Positions 50,276 to 62,979 of a stretch of 64,000 nt of DNA are shown here, piece by piece. The notes below the pieces were generated by a model. That model was given only the letters and a program-made list of their open reading frames with translations. It was not told where the DNA came from and searched no databases. The position numbers and the translations under genes are program-made. The DNA comes from Thalia democratica. Its lineage: Eukaryota. The stretch's first letter is position 1. Every line of letters starts with the position of its first letter. Location: positions 49,042,001 through 49,106,000 of the forward strand of contig OZ241827.1 in assembly GCA_965202585.1 (NCBI GenBank), written 5' to 3'.

Positions 50276-50982
50276 GTAATAAAATTGTTTTAGTTAAAAC
50301 TGTTTAGCAAAAATGTTCAATGCAATACTACCCGAATATGGAGTGAAACTGACATCGTGAAAGTTATGCTAAATGTTGCATGTTAGGACAGCAATGTGTA
50401 AGTAAGAAAAGCAACTGAATTTGATAGCTTCTTAAGCAGTTTCAGAGCTGGGAATTTTTATCTTTTTAGTTTCGAATACATAGTAATTTATTAATGAAAT
50501 AGCTTAAAAAACTAGTCAAAAGTTGAAATTGCAGTAAAGCGATGATAATTTAGTCATTATACATATAATGAGCCCTAGACTGCACAACCAACAATCCAAT
50601 AAACTTTTTTCAACCTAATTTTGTCTTAATTAAGAATAGTTGTGATTATTTTCGCCTTATTAAAATTTATGATATAGAGGGAAGAGTAAGATTGATGTTT
50701 TTATACCATAAAAAAGAGATAAATCCCAGGGGTGCCACACAATCAGGATAAACCAGGCTAGTTTGAAATTATAATAAACTCAGATGACTCAGACCAGTTC
50801 AGTTGTTTTTAAAAAAATTTAAAGATAGTTTAAATAATTTAAGAAAACCTTAAGCTGATTTTTTTCTAAACTTTAATCATATTTAGTTAAGGACAAATCA
50901 GGTTTGTGAATAAGTTGTGTTTATTTTAGTTGATCTTAATCTTTATCTTATGTTTGTTTTAAATAAGAGTTTATGTCTTGTG

Positions 50983-51460
50983 CAAGGTTTCTCAAAGTTG
51001 GTCATAAAGCACCTATGGGGGCAATTTTAGAAAGTTAGAGGGCCATAAGCTGCAAAGGGACAAAGGGGCTGCTGTAACTAGTAAGGAGCCATAAAGCCAT
51101 AGTTTGAAACTTAAACAAGAATTTTCTGAAGTTAACTATTGAACTAAGAACAAAAAAAAGTTTTAGGCGTATTTGAGGGTAGTTTCATAACTTAAACTAG
51201 ATATTACAGAAGAATTTTTAAAATTCCACAGAATCATGCATTCTAATAATAAGATATAAATCCTCTTTTTCAGTAACATCTAATTTAAAAAAGATTCAGA
51301 TCTGGATCTTGCTGAATTATAGTTTTATGGATCCAGTAGATTACTAATTTAAATGCATAAAAGAGTGCATACAGTAGGTTTTTTGCAAAATGTTATTCCA
51401 GGGGATTGCTATTTCAATTTCTTTAAAAGAGGCGTTAGATAAAAAGTTTAAGAAACCCTG
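50983..51460. mobile_element. hAT (Charlie-like) MITE, family C, with a nested fragment
   Basis: caaggtttctcaaagt...agtttaagaaaccctg; 8-bp TSD gtcttgtg / gtctagtg. Confidence 0.85.
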
Positions 51461-51843
51461 GTCTAGTGCTTATGCGTCACTCACAAGTCACACTTATGTT
51501 CAATGAATCTGGTAAGATTTAATTTATCAGCGTACAATTAACCAAAATTAGATTGAATATTAATACATATTGAATGATTAAAAAATATAGCTTTTTTATA
51601 ACTTATTATAAAAGCTACTTTAATTAGCTTTAAAAAAAAATTAAACTCAGAAAATCATTCTTATTGTAGTAAGTTAAGTAAGGTATTTGTGAAAAAAATT
51701 TAAATAAACACAAACTTATACATGTTTATTACTGTTAAATTAAAATTAAAACCAAATTTTAACTTAGTTGCAGATTTTTAGCAGATCTCTCAGAAATTTA
51801 AACTATCAACTGAGCAGTTTGTTTTTAGAACATATTGGTATTG

Positions 51844-52246
51844 CAGGGCTACCAAAAAATCTTATAACCTTGAATTTGATGGTTTAGGCAAAAAAACCTG
51901 ATAATTAAATATTTTGAAAAGTCTAAAAAAACCTTCAATTTTGAACAAAAATTTCTAAAAAATCCGAAATTTTAAACAACTTTTACAAGTAAAACTGTAT
52001 AATTTAGATTAAATATGAAAATTCTATCATATACAAAATTAAAATATTTTTTGTAATGATTTTTCTATTTACTAAGTCATTTAAAGTAGCTTTACAGTAT
52101 CTTTTCAAGATGTTTATAACATTTAGGACAGTTTTTTACCTTAAATTTAATATTATACCAAAAATGTAATTGCAATCTTGTATTTCAAAAACTTGGAAGA
52201 TATTCACACACTTTGAAAAAAAAACAGAAAACTGTAGGCAGCCCTG
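51844..52246. mobile_element. Family B-like MITE
   Basis: cagggctaccaa...gtaggcagccctg; tattg on both flanks. Confidence 0.7.
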
Positions 52247-52924
52247 TATTGCTGTAAGAAGTAATTAGAAACACTTAAATAAGAATACGAAATCATGATT
52301 GCTACAAGCTCAGGCTACTAAAGACATTCAGGTTAGTTTGAAATTTAAGAACAATCATTTTGACTTCAATTTTATTTTTACAAAAATTACCTAACTTAGA
52401 TATTTTCTTTGATTTTTTCTATTGAAAGTTCTGTTTTTTCATGAACATTACAAGCATTTCTTGTATTACAAGCTTTTATTTGAGATAAAAATTTTTAGTC
52501 TAGGACACTTTATTTCTATTTCAGTTTAAAATAGAAAATATGAGATTTTTGGTGATCAAATCAGTTTGTTGATGTACAAGTTAGGATAAATTAAATATAT
52601 TAAAAAAATATTCTTAATAAACATTGGTTACTTACCCGAAACTGAAAAACTTGAAATAAAAAAGTTAATGCAAAATAAAATTCTACAATTTAAAACTTGA
52701 AAAAAACAGGAAAAACCTTCTACTTGAACAGTTTTTGTATGTTAAATAATAAATTTTGTTAAGAAATATATACTATTTATAACAAAATACTAAATGTTTT
52801 AAAGTTTATTTCACTATAAATTAGATTAAATGTAGGATTACAGTATATAAGAGTATAATTTTATTATTAATAAGCATTTTTTTTACCATGAATTTAATTT
52901 TATACTAAAAATTAGCAAGAAAAC

Positions 52925-52996
52925 TTAAAGTGGAAAAATCTGGAAAAAATGAAAAACCTGGAAGAAGTTTTTAAAAAAATAGCAGCCACCCTGTTA
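52925..52996 (-). repeat. Family B left-end fragment, reverse orientation
   Basis: ctggaaaaaatgaaaaacctggaagaag...gcagccaccctg. Confidence 0.55.
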
Positions 52997-54249
52997 ACAA
53001 AACACATCTGGTTTTTTAATAAATTTGACAACAATAACCAAAGATATACTGTATCCATACTTGTAAATGTTTATTATTCCTTTCAACATTATTATGAATT
53101 TCTTATGCATTCAAACTTGGCTATCAGCAACTTGTTTAACTTTTTACAGTTTTTAGCTACACATCATTAACTTTGTAAACACTCTTTTGATTTTATAGTA
53201 TTAATAATTTTTTTTTGATGTTTAAAACTGACAACTTTCGAAAGATCTTTTAAATTTTACTTAATTAATGAATAATTAATCAAGTATAGTTTTTTCATTT
53301 TATTTTATTTAAGCTTAATAATCAACTAAATTTTCCACCTTATAGCTACTAATACTATAAAGTTTTTAGTATTTTTTCACTTTTATCTGTAAACTCAGGC
53401 TGCGTTTTATGAATTCCGCCTATTTGTTTCAAATAGTATCAACCATGCTTTGATTAAGAACCAGGATAAATAATGTAAATCTGAACTGACAGTTTTAAAA
53501 TGATAGTAATTAAAAAAAAGCTAAGCTGAGCTTATACACTGTTTTTGTTTTGTTATAAGCAAAACAAAAATTAAGTTAAATATATAAATCTGTCAATAAT
53601 AATAATAATAATAATAAGTAGTATACAGGTTTATATACACCCAGAATACTCAGGACAACTCAAGATACTGATAGTCTCAAATTTAAACTCTGGCTGACTA
53701 AAGCTATTAGTTATTTAAAATTATAATTAATTATAACAGTGTTGCTGAACAAGCAAAAAATTAATACTTATTACGAAGTCTTAAAAAAATAAAGTGCATA
53801 AAAACGTTTATACTAAAAATATTTTTTATAATAAGAATTTGATAAAATATTACAACAATGATTAATACAACAATACATAAATAGTCTAATACTTATGCAT
53901 CTCCCTTATCTCTGATACAATGCAGATAAAACGGTCTACAAAGCTAAAAAGCTAATTCATTTAAACTTACAATGAAAATAGCTTATTTCAAAAACAAGTT
54001 ATACATTCAAATAATTTTTCAAGTTTTCTAAGAGTCGTTCAAGTATTAAAACTCTTGTTTACAATTATGTTATTTTGTCAGTATATTTTTAGTAGCTTTT
54101 TTCCACTTATTTTTGTTCTATACAAGAGAATTACTTCTTATATTAATTATTGGTGGATTTCATCATGAATTATGTTAAGATTCAGACTGATCCATAAACT
54201 GTCTTTGCAGCTTTAAAAAAAAGTTTAAGTCAATGCACATTAAATTTAT

Positions 54250-55130
54250 TAATAATGCTAACAAGTAGTTTAGAAAAATTAAAAGCTGCCCAAAACTCAG
54301 TCCACTTAGTGAAAAAAACGTAGTGAACTACAGTTTGAGCAAGTTTACAAGTAATGCTTGTGGCACCGCAGACCTTCTGATAAAAGACATTCTATTCTTC
54401 TATTCTAGGCAAGAAATCCCAGCTTGTTGATGGTAAAGTTTTCTCTAAAACAAAAAAAAATATCTTAAGTGACAAAACCAAACAAACCATCTCATCATAA
54501 TTATGACCAGTGTGAATGCAATTAACTAATAAAATTATAGTTATCCTGCAGTATCTTAATTTTTAATAGTAAAACCTAAATTTCTACTTTGCTTCTACTT
54601 AGATCTGTCCATTGAGTTGGAGCAGTCTCTCAGACCTTTTTTATATTTCATTTGCATCCCTCTACTAATTTGGGAAGTTTTACTTATATAACCATTCAAC
54701 TCACTACTTCTTTTCATTTAAGATTCTCTTGTTTAGACATCCATTCTGACATTGGTTGTTCTGGCAGCTTCCTTACAAGAATATACTTAAACTGACAAGG
54801 TATACCTTCTGAACTTCAGATTTTTCTTAGATATTTACCATTTTCATAAACTTTTGCTCCTCTTTCTTTCCTTTGCATTGAGTTTACATTAGGTTCTCAA
54901 ACTTATAATTTGATTTCAGCTCCATAAGAACATGAGGGCAAGCTGAAAGACACTTTTCTATGGAGCTCACAGCAGCATATACCACAAAACCAAACTTTTT
55001 TAGCAGTAAAAGTTGTTTTCAAACATGATAATGCTGGCAAAAATAGATTATGGAAGCAATTGGAAAACTCAAGTCACCGGTATTATTTGTTAGATCACCC
55101 ACAAATAGTTTGCACAATTTTATATCTTTT
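54250..55130 (-). mobile_element. Probable very old non-LTR retrotransposon relic (RT C-terminal region)
   Basis: GC-elevated block; minus frame contains CSYGAEI (compare the LxYGxExW LINE motif); otherwise too decayed to classify. Confidence 0.3.
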
Positions 55131-58100
55131 TAAATATCTAAAACATAGCTACATTTAAGATAAACTTTTTCTTGACTGGGTTTACAACTGACTTCATAAC
55201 ATTTATTTATATTGTTTACTAGCATTCAAACACTTGTCGCACGAATTACATTTATTAAAGACCCCTAGTGTAAAGCATAGCCTTTTTTTGTTTTGTTTTG
55301 AATTAGAGAAAGAAATTATTTGAATTATCTTAAAATTATTCTATTTATGTAAATAAATCTACAGTCATATTCAATTGCAAGATGTATAGCTATTAATCGC
55401 ACAGACTGGCTTTTTTTTTGCCCAAAGAGTGTCAATACAAATAATTGATGCTTTATCTATTCATTTTTAGTTTTTATATTTAGAAGTTAAACATTTCTAT
55501 ATACTTACTTCAGTAAAAATTAGTTAAACATCTTTGATTTTCTGTTTTAACAATTCAAAACTCTGTAAAAACTTACTACTACATTAGTTTATTAATTTTA
55601 TGATACTTAGGGACTACTTAGTAATTGGTTGCATAGTTTCTTGGGTCAAATTTTGTAGCCATCAGAACTTAAGTTTTTTAAGCTGTTATAATAGATTGAA
55701 TAAAATTAATAATATACCACAAGTTTACTAAACAACTCTTATATGAAAGACAAATACTTTTACTGTGCTGAGTTGTTAGTTAAATTTAAAAAACAATTGA
55801 CACTAGTCAGTTTAATTATTTTGTTGAGTTATATAGAAATATAGAGTTGCAACCCTATTAGTTTTATTTAGGTATCTTCATAACAAATTTAACCAAATAA
55901 AGTGAATTTTCTGAAAGTTTAAAGTCTTTAGATTAAAAAATCTAGTGAAGGTAGAGTTCTAGTAAACCTATAATTTCATTAGAAAATTGACTGATTTTTT
56001 TATACAGACTTTGTTTATTACTTATAAACCTATAAAACTAATTTAGTTTTTAAGTTATTTATCTTAAAAGATAAATGTAAAATTCTATAAGTAGTAACTT
56101 ATAGTTTAAAAGTTTTCAATAAAATGCTAATTAAACTCTTGTGGAAAATAGAACAAACATCAATGGTCCAATAAAGTCCAATCTTATAAAACTATCTTTA
56201 AAATTTATAATATAGTGAATTGATGCACATGAAACATGTTTTGTTGTATATTTCAAATATCTATATAATTTTTACATGATGTCAGTAACTTTAAAGGAAA
56301 TATTTTGGTTATAACAAGTTTTTTGTTATATTCGAAATTTTGTTTTATGCTAAAATGTTTTTAATTTTTGCTTTTATTTTCAAGTTTATTGATTACAATT
56401 AGTAAAACTTAAAAAAAATGTTTCAAAAAATATATAAACAGAGTTACTAAAAAACTAGTAGTTATCCATAAAAGCCAAGATGTTTTACTATTATTTGTCA
56501 AAAAAAAAACTTTAAGCTAACTTTAAAATAAACAGTTAAATCTTTACTAATAAAAACTTGGTAAAATGATACAAAACATAAGTGTATTGAAGATAATACC
56601 ATGCTGCATAGGTTGTAAGAGATGAAGTACAATTAATTATAGTAAATATTTCATAATATTTAGGTTGTACTTTTGGTTACAAAATACTGAAAGACAAAAT
56701 CAGAATTATATCTTAAAACTTATTAATGAACATATAAAACGCTTAAAAGCTTTAAATCATAAGGTAGTTTTAAGTATTATTGCATGTTCAATTGATAAAT
56801 GATATTTGAATAATTTTATTACATATAAATACTTGCATCTTAATTTTTATAAGCTTTGATAATTTAAATTTTGAAAGTATGCTACAAATAAGAAGCTTTG
56901 AGCTGAATTTTTAAATTTATAAATATAATGAATACAATCAAAAAGTCATGTAACTGTAACTTCTTCCAAGAGTTTATTACTCAGACACGTTTTCTTTTCA
57001 AAAAAGTAAGAATTTAAAAAAGTTTCATCACATTCAAAGATGTTTAAGTTAGATTTTAAGTATGATTGTAATTTTTTGTAAGTAAATGTAATATTTTTTT
57101 TACTGTAATTTTTTTTGATTAGTATAAGTATATAATATATAAAATTATAAAATTTTAGCTGACAACATTTTTGAAATGGAATTTTGTTTGATATTAAAAG
57201 CCAATTTTTTCCTAATTTAGAAAAAAAAAACTCATTATAGACAAAGTTATCTACAGTTAGTAAGATGAACCTAAATGTATCCTAAAATTCCGTTATTGTA
57301 GATGAAAAGTTTGTTTAAATAGTTTGAATGATATTTAAATTTAGTTGCGTGTCCTTATAAGTTATAAATTTAACTATCATAGTTTATCTAAATATAGTAG
57401 TCATTTTTTTACCTTATAAAACTCTTAAGCTATTGTTATGTAGTTCGATTTTGACAATCAAATATAGTTATAGTATGACAATGGTAGCTTTATTTAATAA
57501 ATTATTAATTTTAAATAAAACAAGTAAATTTTATTATATATAATTACTTTTTACTTGATTATATTTTTAATATTTCTTAAAAAACTGCAATTTTTTATAC
57601 TTTATCTCAAAACTGATAGACACCTACACTATCTAATACAAAATAACGTAGTTTTCAAAACTTTATATCCTGAGTAGCTACAGTTTTTAAAACTTTTGAT
57701 ATATTTCAAAAAAAATTGATTCCTGAAGACTAGTTTAACCCTTAAAAATTATCACTTGAAGTGTATTTTTTACAGTTTAGAATGGTATAATAGTTACTTA
57801 AGCTTGTTTTTCTTTTATAAAGCTTTTGCTGTAGTTCTTAAATAAATGTTTATTAAGTTGTAGTTATTGCTTAACAGGTTTTATAAAACAAGTTTTGTTA
57901 AACTTACTTACTAGGAACTTCTAAACCTTTAAAATTATTACAGTAATAACTAAAGTAGTTTTAGATTAAATTATAAAAATAACATAAGGTTATAAATACA
58001 AATAATATTAATCGAAATATTAAATTCAGTTTACTCAATGTATTTCATGCTATTTTGTTACTAATACTTTATTCGAACTTTATACTGTTAAAATATACAT

Positions 58101-58194
58101 TAATAAAAAGAAATCAGTTTCTTATAACAATAAACAGTTTAAGATAATTGTGCGCATATACTCAAACGAGTTTGTGTTAGAACCAGGCAAAACT

Positions 58195-58430
58195 CCGCTA
58201 TAAAAAGTAACAGTCTGTGCAACTGAGAACAGGCTCGAAATATGACCTAATCACGAAAACCTCACATTCGCCCTGCGCTATTCTTCCTGCTCTTTTTAAA
58301 CTTTCTTTTCACTCTCTTCGCTCCTCTCAACAAGCACCTCATTCCTTCACCCTAACCATCGCACAGGCAAATACGTGATCGCCTACTCGAATTGAACGCG
58401 GAATTAAGTTTTTGCTTTTGAGCCGTACAA
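58195..58430 (+). promoter_or_regulatory. Candidate core promoter / first exon (TATA + CT-rich, CpG-containing leader)
   Basis: ctataaaaag at about 58199, then a pyrimidine-rich and CpG-rich block unlike its flanks. Confidence 0.4.
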
Positions 58431-58980
58431 ATAAAAATTTTTTTGCTTCATTTGTGGTTTTTCTAAAGTAACATTTTCTGTTATGAAAAGTTTTAATGCT
58501 TATTTACTTGTACTGATAAAACAAATCAAAAAAAAAATTTAAGCTTGTCTAACTTATTGTGAGAAAAGTTATATTTTTTGTTTTGCTTTACAGTTTGATC
58601 ACAACTAAGTATTTTGATACTAAACGCTTAAACATGTTTTTAAAATTAACCAATAGTAAATATTGTACATTCCATTTAAAATGGTTTTTAGTATTTTATT
58701 TTGTCCGAGCAGTTTTTGTTTAAATATGAAAACGCTAAAATAGCTTACTTGGTATAAAACAATTATAATAGATTAAATAAAAAACAAAAACTATCCTAAA
58801 GTTTTATTCAACAAGTTTTGAAAATAATCGAAAGGTGCTGATAATAACTGTTTAAATACAAAATACTTTATGATAAAAATACCAAAAAACAAACAAATGC
58901 TAAATTTAAAATATTTACTATAACTCTTTATTCATATTCGTGTTTTCTCTGAATTGTTATTCAGCTTCGTTCTAAGCATC

Positions 58981-59255
58981 GCGTATATAAAAATCCCACC
59001 AGCAAAAACCTCCGCGGCAGTTGGAAAGCAGCACTTGCATCCTCACTTCTCATTCTCACTCAAAACTCCTCCTCATTCATGAGCAACCTTCGCCTTTTCT
59101 CTTCTTTTTTTTTGCGTTCGCTAGCCAGCCAGCCTGCCTTCTTGTATTTCTATTTCCCTTATGCTTGGCAGCGCTGTTGAAGTTGCACTCCTGGCTTTAT
59201 TGCTTTTTGAGCGCTTGCTTTTTAGATTCGTTGCTAGTTTTTAATGCAGTTTGTT
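58981..59255 (+). promoter_or_regulatory. Candidate TATA+Inr promoter and 5'UTR exon of the zinc-finger gene
   Basis: TATATAAAAA at 58984-58993; Inr-like gcAgtt about 30 nt downstream; CT-rich leader; downstream branch-like TACTAAT and acceptor at about 60811-60833. Confidence 0.55.
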
Positions 59256-60531
59256 GAAATACTTTTTCTATGAATATTTTTTACATGTTTTTTTGTTGTA
59301 ATGTTTAATAGTTTAAAACCTAAAAATTTTTTTTTGAAACGCCTGATCTAATTATAATTTGAGTTTAACAAAATATTTTTGTTTATGCTTGTTAATTTTG
59401 TTACGCCCAGTAAGTTCTAAAGTTTGATTGTTATAACTGTATATTGAACATTAAGGAAATAAATTTTTTATATTGTTTAAAACTATGCAATATTATAAAT
59501 TATTTTTTTACTTCAATTTTTATTAATACTTCAAGTTTTACTTGATTTATCAGTTTTATTTTGTTCGAAAACAAATTTAGAATTTAAAAATTGAAAGTAT
59601 TATTAGAGTTTGTTGAAAATTAGAATACAACTTAGTTTAAATGTTTTTTTAGATTTTTGGGTTGAATAATGAAATGCGTTATTAATCTATTTTGTAAAAC
59701 ATAAATTTCAAGTTATAGTTACGATAGCATAAAATTAAAATACGATGATACTAAAAGTTTAGCTTTGTTGCTTTAAGTTAAAACTATTTACTTAGATTAA
59801 TAAGTACCTTAAAAATGTTCAATTTTATTAACTATTTAGTTTATCAAGTATTAAGTTTTTAATACTACTAGTCATTTTAAAAAAACTTTCATTAATATAA
59901 AATAAAACGTTAAATATTTTGTTAATCATTAGTTAAGTTAAATGGTTTCTAAAGTCGTTAAACTTGTTTTGTGTTTGGTATCTATAAATTGTTATAGTTA
60001 CATTTTTTGTTTTATTTAATAGTTATATAGCATTCCAATTTAGTGCTTCTAATTTATTAAAGTAAGTTATAATAAGTATTTAACTTGTATGTATTAAATA
60101 TACTTTTCTGTTATTTTTTGATATTGTAAAATTTTTAATGTTTCAAGTTATTTTAAATATAAATTTGAATTTTTAGAAAATTTCGATTGAGTCATATCTC
60201 CAGCATTTTAATTATTAAGTTTTTCACAAGTTTTAAGAAAAAATGCTTGTTTTTATTTATAAGCATAAATTTTTGTTATATAACTAAAACTTCAAAACTT
60301 TTTGTACGATATAATCCGAAATTGTTGTTATCAGTTAAACTGTTTCATGAAGAACAAATTATATTTGTTTTAATATATTTTTTTTGTAGTTAAGCTAATT
60401 AGATATCATGTCATAACTACAAATGGAAGAAGCAAATTATGCTACAGCCAATTTATCTTTAAACACAAAAGACATTAACTTTTATACTCATCTTGGTATG
60501 AACGAGTAACAACTTTGCAGAAACTATATAG

Positions 60532-60706
60532 CAGTGCTTCTGAAATGGGCTTCCGCGGAACCCTAGGGTTCCGCGAAGCCTTTCGAAATTTAAAAAAGAA
60601 TATTTATTTAATTAAACATTTTATGTAAAATTAAAATTAGGGGTTCCGCGGAAAAGTTGAACTTTGGAAAAGGGTTCCGCCACTAGAAAAAGGTTCAGAA
60701 GCACTG
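60532..60706. mobile_element. hAT MITE about 150 bp upstream of the zinc-finger ATG
   Basis: TIRs cagtgcttctgaa / ttcagaagcactg; perfect 8-bp TSD ctatatag. Confidence 0.93.
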
Positions 60707-60855
60707 CTATATAGGTCAACGAAAAAATAATATATATATATATAGGGACAATATATCACTTTTTAATTCTCATGCATTAATAAAACTGCTTTAAATAAAT
60801 ATTTCAACCTACTAATCGTCACACAAATTACAGTATTTTAGTATAATTAAAAAGC

Positions 60856-62979
60856 ATGGCTGACGTTGATAACAACAAGGCTGATCTGAACATTTGGGAA
60901 AACTTGCAAACCGATGCCAGCTTGTTCCTGCTGAACGTGAAGAAGATAATTGACAAGCAGCACGAGAGGATCAAGTACTTGGAAGCGAAGAACCTGCTGC
61001 TGATGCGCGAGAACCACAGGCTGACCAGCAAGGAATCGGAAGGCGCCGGCTTGAAAGCGGAAAAGGCTCCCTTCTGCAACCAGAGCTTGGCGTCTTCCAG
61101 GGACAGCCCGATAATCGTTGGAAAGAGAAAGCATTCGGACAACAGCAAGAAGTTTTCAAAAGACGCGTTTGATGCAGCGATAAATGGGTAAGATTTAGTA
61201 AGAAAAATAGAACTTGTATAGTTGTCTAATGTCATAGAAGTACATATAAATTACCTACAACTATATTTTTATTATTTTTACTTGTATTACCTAATTGTGT
61301 TCCAACACTAGTGCTTAACATTCTATTCTATAATGATTAATATAATATTATACAGTATATGTCAAAATATCCACATTTATGATATATTACATGGAAATAC
61401 AAAAAATAAGTTTTATGTTTTTATACATTAATAAAGCTTCATGTTTAGAGAAATAAGTTTTATTATTCTTTGAAAACAGAAACACTGAGAGAAAACAGTC
61501 AAACAGTTTGGACACAAATTTTGTTTCCTCTGATCTTCAGTTTAGTCACGGAGCAAATGAACCAGACGAGACAGGGTTTTATCAAGGTATTTAAATGTTA
61601 TTATAATATGAGTAGTGTAGTATTTTCTAAAAATGAAAACTATTGAAAAAATTCACATTTTATTGTACAACAGCAATTAAGTTACTATTTTATGTGATGA
61701 TTAAAGCTGTACAGATAGAGAATATTTCTAATGGTATAATAGTAACTTAAATTGAGGAAATAAGAATATACTTTGATTTCAAACTTCTCTGCTGTTGTTC
61801 TATTTATTCATATTTTGTTTTAGCTACTAAAAAAAATTGCTTAAATTTTGTATCAATTATAGTTAAATGATTTTCGTAAGTTTTATTTTTTAACATAGAA
61901 ACAATTGTAACAAAGCCTCAGGTGGTTGTATAAATCTTTTATACAAATTTTCTACCAAAGCAGTAAAGTTTTAACCTGCAAATAGCCAGAGGCATAGTTC
62001 TTACTATTTTTCAAACCAAATTTAAACCTAATATTCTATATCAATCTCTTATATTTCTTAGGTTCTAAAACATGCTTATTAACGTTGCATAATTCGCACT
62101 TTATTATTACTTAACAATTATTTGCACACAATTTTATTTAGAGTTCTAACTTTTATTGTTTAAAACTGAAAGACCTATTCATTTTTAAACCATATAGTTT
62201 TTAGTTAAAAATTTTAGTAGGTAAATCATAAAATAGATCAGTAGTTCTTCAAATTTTTATTTAGATTGAAAATTTTTTTTAGACAACAGTTTAGGAGTAA
62301 CTAATGAGGCAAGCTGTGGATTGTTAGGAAGTGGTAACGAAGTATTGCCTGCTACTATTGATAATGAATTAGTTTCTCCTTTGCCCACTTTAGATTACAA
62401 TCTCGATCTTACTATTCCAAACGGCTTAGATGGTAAATTGTTTATATTCGAGTTACATAGTGCAAAAAATTAGCTTACACATATAGTATTTATATTTTAA
62501 AATTTGTTTTTTTTTGGGAAGCTTTACTAAACTAATTTATCATTTTATTTTCATTTATACAAAAGTCTAGGTTTAAATTACTAATTATAGAATTATTCAT
62601 CACACCAACAGACTTCTCCATGGTCAGCAGCAGCAACATGCTGCAAGAGCTGCAGAAAGACCGCCAGCAGCAGTACAGCCACCAGTACTTCCACCAATCA
62701 GACAATAACAACGCGCTCGCTGTTCCACCCAACGGAGGAAATTCGCGCGACAACCCGGCGCAGAAAAAAAAGCGGAAATCAGCTGCGCCGAGTGACAGCT
62801 TCTGCGACATGTGCGGCAAGACGTTCGGCAGCAAGTGCGCCTTCAAGCGGCACATGAACGAGATCCACATGGGAGTGAAGCCGCACCAGTGCCGCCACTG
62901 TCTCAAGAACTTCAGCAGGAAGGACAACATGAGGAAGCACGAGCAGATTTGCAGGATGAAGGAAGGAATTTTGACGTAG
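60856..62979 (+). CDS. Zinc-finger protein: N-terminal coiled coil, basic NLS-like patches, C2H2 + C2HC fingers
   Basis: Exons 60856-61187, 61541-61586, 61715-61733 (inferred microexon), 62283-62432, 62591-62979; fingers FCDMCGKTFGSKCAFKRHMNEIH-MGVKP-HQCRHCLKNFSRKDNMRKHEQIC. Confidence 0.85.
62591..62979 (+). CDS. Terminal exon with the two zinc fingers
   Basis: Acceptor attatag in phase 1; C-x2-C-x12-H-x4-H and C-x2-C-x12-H-x3-C fingers with a TGEKP-like linker. Confidence 0.92.

Noticed and set aside
59021-59257. 78-aa ORF with a TTG start
   Set aside because: Pyrimidine-rich leader composition; better explained as 5'UTR
60828-61235. Minus-strand ORFs of 135, 95 and 62 aa
   Set aside because: Antisense shadows of a GC3-rich plus-strand exon
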